Origin: an uncultured Candidatus Saccharibacteria bacterium
GTDB taxonomy: Bacteria > Patescibacteriota > Minisyncoccia > Phycocordibacterales > Phycocordibacteraceae
Assembly (NCBI GenBank): GCA_964507275.1
Contig: CAZDPG010000001.1
Location: 20,958-84,957, forward strand
DNA length: 64,000 nt
Direction of reading: 5' to 3'
Each line of letters begins with the position of its first letter. Position 1 is the first letter of the stretch. The position numbers were made by a program, and so were the translations under genes. The notes below the pieces were generated by a model. The model made no database searches, was not told where the DNA came from, and was given only the letters and a program-made list of their open reading frames with translations. Of this stretch, positions 43,666 through 53,046 are shown piece after piece.

Positions 43666-44514
43666 ATGCGTAATGAAACTACAATGGAAACAACAAAGAT
43701 AGTTTTGTTCAAGAACAAAAAAGTTCGCAAGATACTGTACCAAAATGAGTGGTATTTTTCGGTGGTTGATATTATCGAGGCTCTGACCGACAGTGCTAAG
43801 CCAAGGGATTATTGGTACGCGATGAAGATTCGAGTGCAAAGTGAGGATGGAATTCAGTTGTCTACAATTTGTCGGCAACTGAAATTGCCGTCCTCGGATG
43901 GTAAGAAATACGAAACTGATTGCGCAAACACTGAAGATGCGTTTCGTATCGTTCAATCCATCCCTTCTCCCAAAGCCGAGCCCTTCAAGCGATGGCTCGC
44001 CAGAGTGGGGTATGAGCGCGTGCAGGAGATAGAAAATCCGGAGCTTGCGACCAAACGGACGAGGATGCTCTACAAGCTCAAGGGGTATAGCGAAGACTGG
44101 ATCGAGAAGCGTATGCGCGGTATTGTCATCCGCGAAGAATTGACCGACGAATGGCAGAAGCGCGGCGCGCAGGAAGAGAGGGATTACGAGATCCTGACCG
44201 CTGAAATATCTAAAGCGACATTCGGTGTCACGCCGAGTGAGTACAAGAAGTTGAAAGGGCTAAAGCGCGAAAACCTGCGCGATCACATGGACGACTTCGA
44301 ACTTATTTTCAACATGCTCGGCGAGCGGGCCACGACCGAGATTCATCGCACCGAAGACTCGAAAGGCGTCGCGAAGCTCGCTAGCGACGCCAAAGCCGGC
44401 GGCGCAATCGCGGGCGGAGCGCGGAAGAAGTTGGAGAAGCGTCTCGGACGATCTGTCGTGACGAAAAAGAATTTCCTGAAGGGCGGGGAACGTGAGAAGA
44501 GACTTTCAAAATGA
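43666..44514 (+). CDS. Bro-N domain protein, DinD (DNA-damage-inducible protein D)-like
   Basis: 'VRKILYQNEWYFSVVDIIEALTDS' Bro-N core; C-terminal 'KGLKRENLRDHMDDFELIFNML' resembles the DinD C-terminus; AT-rich 5' half; starts 3 nt after the C-extein stop. Confidence 0.55.
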   Translation: MRNETTMETTKIVLFKNKKVRKILYQNEWYFSVVDIIEALTDSAKPRDYWYAMKIRVQSEDGIQLSTICRQLKLPSSDGKKYETDCANTEDAFRIVQSIPSPKAEPFKRWLARVGYERVQEIENPELATKRTRMLYKLKGYSEDWIEKRMRGIVIREELTDEWQKRGAQEERDYEILTAEISKATFGVTPSEYKKLKGLKRENLRDHMDDFELIFNMLGERATTEIHRTEDSKGVAKLASDAKAGGAIAGGARKKLEKRLGRSVVTKKNFLKGGEREKRLSK

Positions 44515-44518
44515 AATC

Positions 44519-44731
44519 ATGAGCGACACTTATTACATCAAGAATTTAACATGCGCTTATTGCGGCAAGGATAACGACTTTGAAGAGGAGTCAGCGAAAT
44601 TCGGCAATGTCGGCCTGCCATATGCTTTTGAGTTTGGCGGGGAGTTTGTCTGCAATGGGTGCAAGAAGGAGAATAAGATAGTGATGGATTTTGTTGCTGT
44701 TAAATCTGAGTCGCACAGGAAGTCGGAATAA
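44519..44731 (+). CDS. small Cys4 zinc-ribbon protein (hypothetical)
   Basis: 70 aa with 'CAYCGK...CNGCKK' pairs; sits immediately upstream of MazF-like gene; could be its partner. Speculative. Confidence 0.3.
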   Translation: MSDTYYIKNLTCAYCGKDNDFEEESAKFGNVGLPYAFEFGGEFVCNGCKKENKIVMDFVAVKSESHRKSE

Positions 44732-44735
44732 GGTT

Positions 44736-45185
44736 ATGGAAAAAGATTTTGACGGATGGAATGAAGTAAAGAAGCAGGCGCACGAAAACAAAATGTCGCA
44801 TGAATCTTTTCCGAAAGAGAGGGAAGTCTGGTGGTGTTCTGTTGGCGTAAATGTAGGAGTAGAAACAGACGGGAAGAATGACACTTTCGAACGTCCGATT
44901 TTGATTGTGCGTATTTTTAATAAAGAAATGCTTTGGGCGGTCCCAATCACTTCAACGGTAAAAGATTCACCATTTTACTATCCTTTCTTATTCAAAAATG
45001 AAGATCGCTCGGTGATACTGACACAACTTCGTGTGATGAGTACGAAGCGATTGCGACGGCGGGTTGATGTGATGTCAGAAGAAGACTTTAAGAATGTGAT
45101 TGAAGCACTTGGAAATCTGCTAAAAGCGAAACCCCTCCACAAGGGAGAGGTTTCTCGGAGGCCGAAGCCACTAATAAAGCCATGA
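44736..45185 (+). CDS. PemK/MazF-family toxin-like protein (solitary 'DFDxWNExKK' subfamily)
   Basis: 'EKDFDGWNEVKK...EREVWWCSVGVNVGVETDGKNDTFERPILIVRIFNKEMLWAVPITS' matches the MazF/PemK SH3-barrel pattern; start at MEKDFD with AAGG 8 nt upstream. Confidence 0.55.
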   Translation: MEKDFDGWNEVKKQAHENKMSHESFPKEREVWWCSVGVNVGVETDGKNDTFERPILIVRIFNKEMLWAVPITSTVKDSPFYYPFLFKNEDRSVILTQLRVMSTKRLRRRVDVMSEEDFKNVIEALGNLLKAKPLHKGEVSRRPKPLIKP

Positions 45186-45224
45186 TACTCCCTCAGAACA
45201 AAAAGTCAATGCAGGTGTGGATAA

Positions 45225-45310
45225 GAACAGTGTCAAACACTCGGTGTTTGACACTGTTCGGCGCGATGCTGTTCGCGTTCATCGTCGCGGCACCGGCAGC
45301 CGGTGCCGCG
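45225..45310 (+). promoter_or_regulatory. two consecutive perfect hairpins (16-bp and 11-bp stems) between MazF-like gene and LamG gene
   Basis: 'gaacagtgtcaaacac tcg gtgtttgacactgttc' (45225-45259) and 'cgcggcaccgg cag ccggtgccgcg' (45286-45310); no T-run after either. Confidence 0.5.
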
Positions 45311-45329
45311 GGCATGTCATAATCAAACT

Positions 45330-48300
45330 ATGAGTTCAATTTTTAATATTCAAAAATCATTTCGAATTTCCCTCGGCTCGCCGAAGCTGTATGCGAAGGG
45401 GGCGATATTCGTACTCGCTGCTATGTGGCTCGCGCTCCCGTCTGCGGTGAGCGCGGCCACGATCACTGCGTCGCTCAAGCCTGCATTTCAGGCGGACCTC
45501 ACGTCGACACTCAAGCTTCAGGCGGGCTCAGGGAGCCCGACCTTCACTCGTGCCACTACAGCGTATGTGCAGGACTTCGAGGGTGTGCTCAGGCCCGTTC
45601 TCTCCGGCGAAGCCCGCTTCCAGGGGGCGCGACGCGTTCGCAATCGTCTCCTCAATACGACTGGGGCTGCGTTTAGTGCTGGTACGGGGAGTTCACCAAC
45701 CATAACTTCTAACTCCAGTACGGCTCCGGATGGGACGTTGACAGCCACTCGTGTGCAGATGGCTCTCAATGGGGGAAGCACCACTAATGATAGATCAGGA
45801 ATTCTTTTTACGATTCCCAATGAGGGGGCCGGCACGGTGATTAGCTCGGTCTGGCTCAAAGCTAATTCAGGATCGCCGACCATTCAGTTCCGTTCTGCAC
45901 TGGGGGTCGCAGGGATTACTCTAACCAATACGTGGCAACGCTATGCGGTGCCTGGTCCTATCACAGTCTCAGAGTCGCTGTATATCTGGCTGCGAGGTGC
46001 ACAAGGGACAAGCGACAGTGCTGATATATCGGTGTGGCATCCTCAAGTAGAAACTACCACCACGGGTCAATCCAACCAGAACCCGTCCGAATACGTGTCC
46101 ATCGGCACTCTTTCCGCTCCATATCACGGCGCGAATGTCGATGGTGTGAAGTATTTCTCCACGATGAACGGTAATACCGTCTCGTCGTCATACGTTGTTA
46201 CCGAAGCCACCGGTCCGGCCATTAACAGCAGTACCGCAAAGTTTGCTCAGTTGCCGGGCACGAGCGGAAGTTACTTCAGCACGCCAGATAGTTCTGTGAA
46301 CAGCATCACGGGAGATATCGACATACGCGCATACGTCGCGCTCGATGATTGGACGCCTACAGCGTTTCAGACTCTAGTAGCGAAGGATACTGCTAGTGGC
46401 AGGTCGTATACGTTTGGCGTGGATTCTACTTCCTCAGGGGCTCTTTATTTCCAATTCACTACCGATGGAGTGAACGTGCTAACTCCGGCCACTTCTAGTG
46501 CGGTAAACACATTTGCAAATGGAACAGCGCACTGGGTGCGTATGACACACAATCCTGTAACTGGGAAAGTGAATTTCTATACGTCCGAGGATGGAGCTAC
46601 TTGGACTTCTCTTGGAGTAGAACAGACGGTGACGGTAGGGACAGTGGCAGATACATCGTCGCCGATGTCACTCGGTGCATTTGGAACAAATGGGACCCTC
46701 CTCCCTATGTCGGGAAAACTTTATCGCACTCAGGTCTACAATGGCATCGCAGGGACTCTCGCTGTGAACTTCAATCCGAATACCTGGGCTTCCGGTTCGA
46801 CGTGGACTGCCGGGACCACGGGAGAGACGTGGACTATCAGCGGCGGTGCGAGCGTCTTTGCTGGTACCGGTCTCTGGGACTCTGCGGGACCATTCGGATA
46901 TTTCGCCGAAGGAACGCGGACGAATCTCGCGTTGCAAAGCAACGCCCTCACGACAACCTGGTTAGCGGTACAATCGCCATCGGCAACTCAGAATGTCACA
47001 GGACCGGATGGTGTGGCAAATAGTGCATGGACACTGACGGACAACAGCGCGAGCCTCGCAGAATATGTCCAACAGAACATAACACTGACAGCGGCCACCT
47101 ACACGCAGTCGTGGTATATCAAGAAAACAACAGGAGCACAGACAAGCTATCCGCTCATGATTGCAAATAGTAATACGAAGCTGGCAGCAGCAACTATTGA
47201 TACCACCAATGGCATCGCGACCGTCTGGACGGCGTACACCGGATTCACTGTTGTGACGTCGAGCGCGACATGCTCAAGCGCCAGTGCCTCCTGGTGGCGT
47301 TGTCAGTTAACCTTTGATTCCACGGCAGAAAGTTGGGTTCATTACGCCCATCCGGCCGGTGCAACGAGCGCGACCCAGAGCTCTGGAGTCTGGGATGTGT
47401 CTGCCCAAGGTTCCGCCGTGTTCTATGGCGGGCAGGTTGAGCTTGGATCTTTCGCCTCCTCCTACATTCCCACGACCACGGGCTCGGCGACCCGTAATGC
47501 GGATGTGTTGTCGTATCCCACAAGCCGGAATATAAGCGGGTCGCTCGGGACGGCGTACGCTGAGCCATCAGCTTCCTATACGGCCTCGGCCTGGCCATCC
47601 GTCACCGTCGTGCAGAGCATCATCCTCGGCGGAAACCCCGGTGTGATCATGTACGGGCACACGTCGTCGCTCCGATTCTACGACGGGACGGCAGAGAGGA
47701 CTCTAGCGACATTTACACCGACCACCGCGCTCTCTCGGGTCGCTGTCGTGTGGGGCGGAAATGCGAGGTCTGTCCTTAATGGGACGGTCGGAACGGCGCA
47801 ATCATTCGATGGTGATATCGGTCTCGGCTCAAATCTCTATATAGGGAGCTTCACCGGCGGTCTGTACCCGTGGTTCGGAACCATCCGTGGTGTGAAAGTG
47901 TGGCCGAAGGCGCTTACGACTTCGCAGCTCACGGCAATGACGACCTCCAGCTCAGCGACCTCTCGTGCTGCGATACCGCAGACGACCGTGAAAGCTCCGA
48001 CCAAGACTGGTCTCGTCGGCGCATGGACGTTTGACGAAGGGACCGGTACCAAAGCGAATGATTCTTCAGGGCTTGGGCATACAGGCACCCTCGCGGGCGG
48101 TCCGACATGGGCTACTGGCAAGCTCGGCAAAGCGCTGAACTTCGATGGTACGAATCAATACATGAGCGCCGGAACTGCGACCTTAAACCTCGGAAACAAT
48201 CTTTCTGTCGGCTTCTGGATTAAACCGGCGAGCGCTGGGTGGGGCTCTGGGGTGACGAACAGGGGGATTATCGGAAAGGGATCACCAGGCTCTTTCTGGA

Positions 48301-49379
48301 GTGCCACTGCATCAACAGGGTTTACCATCGGTATTAACAGATCAACCAATGATATTCTCGTGAGTCTAAATGGGCTTTCTTCATATTACACCCCGTTCTC
48401 TGTCTCAGGTGACCAATGGTCTTTCCTCTACTTCACCTACGATGGCTCTACGCTCAAGGCGTATAAAAATGGAACACTCGTTCAGACCTACAGCTCCGTC
48501 GGAGCGAGTGCATTAGATGATGCTGGTTATCCCCTCATACTGAGCGAGGTGGCTCTTGGCGGTACAGGGAGGAATATAAATGGGCTTCTTGATGATGCTC
48601 GTATTTATAACCGCGCACTTTCTGCCACGGAAATCAATGCGCTCTACAGGTCTACCGCGACAGTGATAAACACTTCTACCAACACCGTGGGCGGCTCGCT
48701 CACGAGCGGGCTCGTGGGCCTCTGGTCCTTCGATGGCAAGGATATGAATTGGGGGACGAGTAAGGCGTTTGATCGAAGCGGGGCAGGGAATGATCTTACC
48801 ATCAGCGGCATGAGTACGAGCTCCGCTCCGGTCATCGGTAAGATTGGGCAGGCATTAAATTTCAACGGAGGAAGTAGTTACTTAACAGATTCAGCGATTG
48901 ATCTCAGCGGGACAAACACTATCTCCCTTTCGTGGTGGATGCACAAAAACTCCTACAGTAACGTCAGCGGTGTATTAGCAGAAGCCAGTACAAACTTTAA
49001 TACCAGTACTACTGGTTACATTGTTGGACCAGATGACTCGAGCGGGTATATACTCGTCGGATTGAGAGGAAATGTGAATTACTCGTATGCTCATTACACT
49101 CGACCGTCTGTGGGCGTATGGCACCACTATGTCGCTCTGTTTGATAAGAGCCAACTTGGAGTAAATGAAGTCAATCTATACATTGACGGGGTCCTGCAAA
49201 CGGCAGTCGCGCGTCCGGCTAGTTATAATAATACGAACAACTTCGGGAATGATTCTTTCTATATGGGAATGCGCGCCGGATCGCAGTCCCCGGTTACCGC
49301 CAAAATAGATGATTTCCGCATATACAACCGAGCACTCTCCGCCACCGAGGCAAAAGCTCTCTATAACCTCGGCCGTTAG
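45330..49379 (+). CDS. large secreted protein with multiple LamG-like (concanavalin A-like lectin) domains
   Basis: Signal peptide 'AIFVLAAMWLALPSAVSA'; three 'DD(A/F)RIYNRALSATE(I/A)' LamG_3 signature ends; start at MSSIFN (ORF opens with GTG at 45303 inside a hairpin). Confidence 0.6.
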   Translation: MSSIFNIQKSFRISLGSPKLYAKGAIFVLAAMWLALPSAVSAATITASLKPAFQADLTSTLKLQAGSGSPTFTRATTAYVQDFEGVLRPVLSGEARFQGARRVRNRLLNTTGAAFSAGTGSSPTITSNSSTAPDGTLTATRVQMALNGGSTTNDRSGILFTIPNEGAGTVISSVWLKANSGSPTIQFRSALGVAGITLTNTWQRYAVPGPITVSESLYIWLRGAQGTSDSADISVWHPQVETTTTGQSNQNPSEYVSIGTLSAPYHGANVDGVKYFSTMNGNTVSSSYVVTEATGPAINSSTAKFAQLPGTSGSYFSTPDSSVNSITGDIDIRAYVALDDWTPTAFQTLVAKDTASGRSYTFGVDSTSSGALYFQFTTDGVNVLTPATSSAVNTFANGTAHWVRMTHNPVTGKVNFYTSEDGATWTSLGVEQTVTVGTVADTSSPMSLGAFGTNGTLLPMSGKLYRTQVYNGIAGTLAVNFNPNTWASGSTWTAGTTGETWTISGGASVFAGTGLWDSAGPFGYFAEGTRTNLALQSNALTTTWLAVQSPSATQNVTGPDGVANSAWTLTDNSASLAEYVQQNITLTAATYTQSWYIKKTTGAQTSYPLMIANSNTKLAAATIDTTNGIATVWTAYTGFTVVTSSATCSSASASWWRCQLTFDSTAESWVHYAHPAGATSATQSSGVWDVSAQGSAVFYGGQVELGSFASSYIPTTTGSATRNADVLSYPTSRNISGSLGTAYAEPSASYTASAWPSVTVVQSIILGGNPGVIMYGHTSSLRFYDGTAERTLATFTPTTALSRVAVVWGGNARSVLNGTVGTAQSFDGDIGLGSNLYIGSFTGGLYPWFGTIRGVKVWPKALTTSQLTAMTTSSSATSRAAIPQTTVKAPTKTGLVGAWTFDEGTGTKANDSSGLGHTGTLAGGPTWATGKLGKALNFDGTNQYMSAGTATLNLGNNLSVGFWIKPASAGWGSGVTNRGIIGKGSPGSFWSATASTGFTIGINRSTNDILVSLNGLSSYYTPFSVSGDQWSFLYFTYDGSTLKAYKNGTLVQTYSSVGASALDDAGYPLILSEVALGGTGRNINGLLDDARIYNRALSATEINALYRSTATVINTSTNTVGGSLTSGLVGLWSFDGKDMNWGTSKAFDRSGAGNDLTISGMSTSSAPVIGKIGQALNFNGGSSYLTDSAIDLSGTNTISLSWWMHKNSYSNVSGVLAEASTNFNTSTTGYIVGPDDSSGYILVGLRGNVNYSYAHYTRPSVGVWHHYVALFDKSQLGVNEVNLYIDGVLQTAVARPASYNNTNNFGNDSFYMGMRAGSQSPVTAKIDDFRIYNRALSATEAKALYNLGR

Positions 49380-49426
49380 CGTAGCCGAATGGTATACTTT
49401 CCTCATTGATCAGTTAATTCATTTCT

Positions 49427-50434
49427 ATGGCTATTCGCGTCGCTATCAACGGGTTCGGTCGCATTGGACGTGCGTTTGCACGGCGCTCCTTTGGGCGTGA
49501 TATTGAGATCGTTGCGGTGAATGATCTCGGCTCGCTTGAGAACCTCGCCTACTTGCTCAAGTATGACACTGTGTACGGCCGTGCACCGTTTTCGGTTGAG
49601 GCACGGGAGGGGAGTCTCTGGCTCGATGGCAGGGAAGTGAAGTTCTTCTCGGAGAAAGATCCGGCGAATCTACCATGGAAGGATCTTGCGGTCGATGTCG
49701 TCGTCGAGTCGACCGGTTTCTTCACGGACTATGAGAAGGCGCAGGTGCACATCACGGCAGGCGCACGCCGTGTCGTGATCACGGCTCCCGCGAAAGGAGA
49801 TTCAGCGCTCGGTGCAACCGTGCTCATGGGGTTGAATGAAGAGAAGCTTTCCACGTGTCAGGTAACCAGCAATGCTTCCTGCACCACAAACTCCGCAAGT
49901 CCAGTCATCGCAATACTCGGTGAAGCTATAGGCATCGAGAAGGCCATTCTCTCGACGACGCATGCCTATACTGCCAGTCAATCGCTTGTCGATGGTCCAT
50001 CACGAAAAGATATGCGAGAAGGCAGAGCGGCAGCGCAGAACATCGTGCCGACGACCACAGGCGCAGCAATAGCTGTGACCGATGCGTATACTGAGCTCGC
50101 AGGGAAATTCGACGGTATCTCGCTCCGCGTGCCCGTGGTCGCTGGTTCGATAGCCGACATCACCTTCATCGCGAAGCGTCCGACCTCGCGCGAGGAAGTG
50201 AACGAGGCGCTCCGCACTGCCGCGAAGACCGCTCGCTGGGAAGGCATCTTCGCGACGACCGATGACGATCTCGTTTCGAGCGATATCGTCGGACAACCAT
50301 ACGCGTCTATCGCTGATCTCGGCATGACGCGCGTGGTTGACGGAAATCTCGTGAAAGTGCTTGCCTGGTATGACAATGAGATGGGGTATACGGAAAGTCT
50401 CGTGAGGCATGTGCTAGCAGCAGCCAAAGTATAA
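49427..50434 (+). CDS. gap: type I glyceraldehyde-3-phosphate dehydrogenase
   Basis: 'IRVAINGFGRIGR' NAD motif and 'SNASCTTNS' active-site Cys motif. Confidence 0.9.
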   Translation: MAIRVAINGFGRIGRAFARRSFGRDIEIVAVNDLGSLENLAYLLKYDTVYGRAPFSVEAREGSLWLDGREVKFFSEKDPANLPWKDLAVDVVVESTGFFTDYEKAQVHITAGARRVVITAPAKGDSALGATVLMGLNEEKLSTCQVTSNASCTTNSASPVIAILGEAIGIEKAILSTTHAYTASQSLVDGPSRKDMREGRAAAQNIVPTTTGAAIAVTDAYTELAGKFDGISLRVPVVAGSIADITFIAKRPTSREEVNEALRTAAKTARWEGIFATTDDDLVSSDIVGQPYASIADLGMTRVVDGNLVKVLAWYDNEMGYTESLVRHVLAAAKV

Positions 50435-50474
50435 AGTATAAGGCGCCCTCAGTGTACCGTATCTGCATAGAGCG

Positions 50475-50861
50475 ATGCCGAAAGACTTTGACACATGGAA
50501 CGAGAGGAAGAAGATCGTTCATGACCGTGGGAATGTCCCATTCTTCCATGAACGGGAAGTGTGGTGGTGCACGCTCGGACTTAATGTCGGATACGAACAA
50601 GACGGGGGCGACACATTCGAGCGGCCGGTCCTCATCATCAAGAAATTCAATCGTGATGTGCTGTGGGCACTTCCACTCACGACCTCCGATAAACGAAACC
50701 AGTATTACTTTCCGATTTCCGGACAGCAGGACTCGGCTGTTATTCTTTCCCAGCTTCGGCTAATGAGTAGCAAACGCCTCGAGAGACTCATGTACAAGCT
50801 GCCAAAGGGTCAGTTCAAGCAGATTCTCGCCCAGGTTCAACAATTCTTTCCAAGGGTATGA
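50475..50861 (+). CDS. PemK/MazF-family toxin-like protein, paralogue of 44736..45185
   Basis: 'PKDFDTWNERKK...EREVWWCTLGLNVGYEQDGGDTFERPVLIIKKFNRDVLWALPLTTS' about half identical to the other copy; no adjacent antitoxin-sized ORF. Confidence 0.55.
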   Translation: MPKDFDTWNERKKIVHDRGNVPFFHEREVWWCTLGLNVGYEQDGGDTFERPVLIIKKFNRDVLWALPLTTSDKRNQYYFPISGQQDSAVILSQLRLMSSKRLERLMYKLPKGQFKQILAQVQQFFPRV

Positions 50862-50999
50862 AAATCGAAGCCCCGCACAGGGCGGGGCTTCTCGGGGGCC
50901 TGGTGGCCATTTGTACTATTAGTATAGACAAGCTCCTCCTGAATTGCAAGCAGGGAACGAGGTTTTTCTATAACGAATTCGGGTTATACTTTGTTGTAT

Positions 51000-51485
51000 A
51001 TGCCTAAGGTCTATTTCGCCGCTGATCATGCCGGGTTCGCGCTCAAGAACGCGCTTGCCGAGCAGGTGCGTATGAGCGGCTATGAGGTTGAGGATATGGG
51101 TGCGCTCGATCTCAATCCGGAAGATGATTATCCGGATTTCATACTGCCGCTTGCCAAGCGCGTGGCGGACGAGCCGGGCGCGTTCGGGATTATCGTCGGA
51201 GGGAGCGGGCAGGGCGAGGCGATGTGTGCAAATCGCGTCCTGGGCGTCCGTGCCGCGGTATTCTATGGAGAGATGAAGGTGACGGATGCGCTCGAAATAG
51301 AAGGCGGGCATTCCGAAGACGGCTATGATGTCATACGACTCTCGCGCAAACACAATGATGCGAACGTGCTCTCAATCGGTGCGCGCTTCGTCTCAGGGAA
51401 AGAAGCCGTCGAAGCTGTGCGTCTGTTCCTCGAGGAGCCGTTCTCAGTCTCTTCGCGGCATACACGTCGCCTCGCGAAGTTCTAG
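51000..51485 (+). CDS. rpiB: ribose-5-phosphate isomerase B
   Basis: 'KVYFAADHAGFALKNAL...YEVEDMG' and 'GIIVGGSGQGEAMCANRV' RpiB/LacAB motifs. Confidence 0.8.
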   Translation: MPKVYFAADHAGFALKNALAEQVRMSGYEVEDMGALDLNPEDDYPDFILPLAKRVADEPGAFGIIVGGSGQGEAMCANRVLGVRAAVFYGEMKVTDALEIEGGHSEDGYDVIRLSRKHNDANVLSIGARFVSGKEAVEAVRLFLEEPFSVSSRHTRRLAKF

Positions 51486-51504
51486 TAGCAGTATAATTAC
51501 TGGC

Positions 51505-51765
51505 ATGGCGGACATCAATTTTGAGGAAGGGAATATCGCACGTCGGTACACGGATCAGAAACCGCTGTTCATACGGTTTGTGCTGGCGACGGGAATCGTT
51601 TCCTCCGACAAGCAGGCGGAGTATGTGCTCCTCGGGCTCGCGGCAGCGGGACTCATCGTCTCATTCTTCTTGTTTTCCCATAGTGGTCCTGCGCAGGAAA
51701 GGCCAACCCGCGCTTCTGTGGAGCAGATGAATCAGTTCACGGCTACCACTCCCGTGGCGCGGTGA
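51505..51765 (+). CDS. small membrane protein (hypothetical, 86 aa)
   Basis: One TM helix '[17 protein letters not shown]'; TATAAT 6 nt upstream; no similarity recognised. Confidence 0.3.
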   Translation: MADINFEEGNIARRYTDQKPLFIRFVLATGIVSSDKQAEYVLLGLAAAGLIVSFFLFSHSGPAQERPTRASVEQMNQFTATTPVAR

Positions 51766-52277
51766 TGCGTATGAAAATCCATACAGACAAGAGAGGCTTC
51801 ACTCTCATCGAGCTCCTCGTCGTTATCGCTATCATCGGCATCCTTTCAAGCGTCGTGCTGGTGAGTTTGGATACTGCCCGTTCGAAAGCACGAGATGCGA
51901 AAAGACTCGCCGATATTCATCAGCTTCAGAATGCTCTTGAGATTTACTACACAAGCAACGGCCACTATCCGGATGTCTGCGGCGCAGCTTCGAATGGATT
52001 TTATGCCGCTCCGTGGCCGACACTCCTGTCTTCCACGTACATCGGGAAGATGCCGTACGATCCGATAAATACCGTCAACCAGTATGGCTATTACTATTGT
52101 TCGCAATACAAACCGAACGGGAGTTGCGGCTATACCTATACGCCAGGGGTGAATACCAATTACATTCTCGCGACGCGCCTTGAATATAGTTCAGCGAGCG
52201 TTAATAGTTGCTCAGGCGTTTTCGGCGGGTGGGACAGCAGCGTGCTTAATTACATCGTGGGAAGCGGCGGCCAGTGA
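51762..52277 (+). CDS. type IV pilin / pseudopilin (prepilin-type N-terminal methylation domain)
   Basis: '[24 protein letters not shown]' class III signal peptide. Confidence 0.75.
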   Translation: MMRMKIHTDKRGFTLIELLVVIAIIGILSSVVLVSLDTARSKARDAKRLADIHQLQNALEIYYTSNGHYPDVCGAASNGFYAAPWPTLLSSTYIGKMPYDPINTVNQYGYYYCSQYKPNGSCGYTYTPGVNTNYILATRLEYSSASVNSCSGVFGGWDSSVLNYIVGSGGQ

Positions 52278-52321
52278 CGTTTGCCACCCGACCGGATTCA
52301 TAAAGGAAGTATACTTACGAC

Positions 52322-53029
52322 ATGAGTCTCACCGTCCCGGCCGTACTCCCAACCTCACGCGAAGATCTCGAGAAGAAGCTCGCGCTCTTTGCGAAGATGT
52401 CGTCGGTCTCGCGCGTACAGATAGACGTCGTCGACGGGAAGTTCGCTACACCAGCCTCTTGGCCGTACACCGCACCGCTCGAACTGCGTGATGCTTCTAA
52501 TCTGCTTCCGTGCCTTGACCGCATTGCGTATGAGATAGACCTCATGTGCCTCGATGCGGAGCGCGCTTCCGAGTCGTGGATAGCACTCGGCGCATCGCGC
52601 CTCACCTTTCATGCGGAGAGCGTCATGGACCTCACTCAATTTCTCTCCTCGGTCCGTGCGCGCTATGGGGATAGCTTCCTTTCGTGCGACCTCATCGCGA
52701 TTGGCATCGCGCTGAATGTAGCAACCGACCTTTCGCTTATCGAGCCGTATCTCGACACAATCGACTACGTGCAGTTCATGGGCATCGCACGGATAGGGCG
52801 GCAGGGGCAACCTTTCGATCGGCGTGTGCTCGAGAAAGTGCGTCTCTTCCATGTGCGGCACCCGGAGATACCCGTACAGGTCGACGGCGGCGTATCGCTC
52901 CAGTCCGCGCGGGAGCTTATCGCGTGCGGCGTATCGAACCTTGTTGTCGGCTCTGCCATCCTGCGCGTAGACGATCCAGCAGCAGAGATAGAGAAATTCG
53001 AGTCGCTCCGAAGTTCCTTCGGCGTGTGA
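52322..53029 (+). CDS. ribulose-phosphate 3-epimerase-like TIM-barrel protein
   Basis: 'VQIDVVDGKFA' resembles Rpe 'hxDxMDGxFV'; size and pentose-phosphate neighbourhood (rpiB, tkt) support it. Moderate. Confidence 0.5.
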   Translation: MSLTVPAVLPTSREDLEKKLALFAKMSSVSRVQIDVVDGKFATPASWPYTAPLELRDASNLLPCLDRIAYEIDLMCLDAERASESWIALGASRLTFHAESVMDLTQFLSSVRARYGDSFLSCDLIAIGIALNVATDLSLIEPYLDTIDYVQFMGIARIGRQGQPFDRRVLEKVRLFHVRHPEIPVQVDGGVSLQSARELIACGVSNLVVGSAILRVDDPAAEIEKFESLRSSFGV

Positions 53030-53046
53030 CAGGGTATACTGGGACG

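Noticed and set aside
50866-50892. Hairpin 'gaagccccgc acag ggcggggcttc' after the second MazF-like gene
   Set aside because: GC-rich stem but no downstream T-run on the + strand. It may be a weak or bidirectional terminator, so it is not listed as a confident feature.
52684-53046. Arg-rich 121-aa N-terminal extension of the transketolase-N ORF
   Set aside because: It overlaps the rpe-like gene in another frame and is a high-GC read-through. The conserved transketolase sequence begins at MALTDS (53047).
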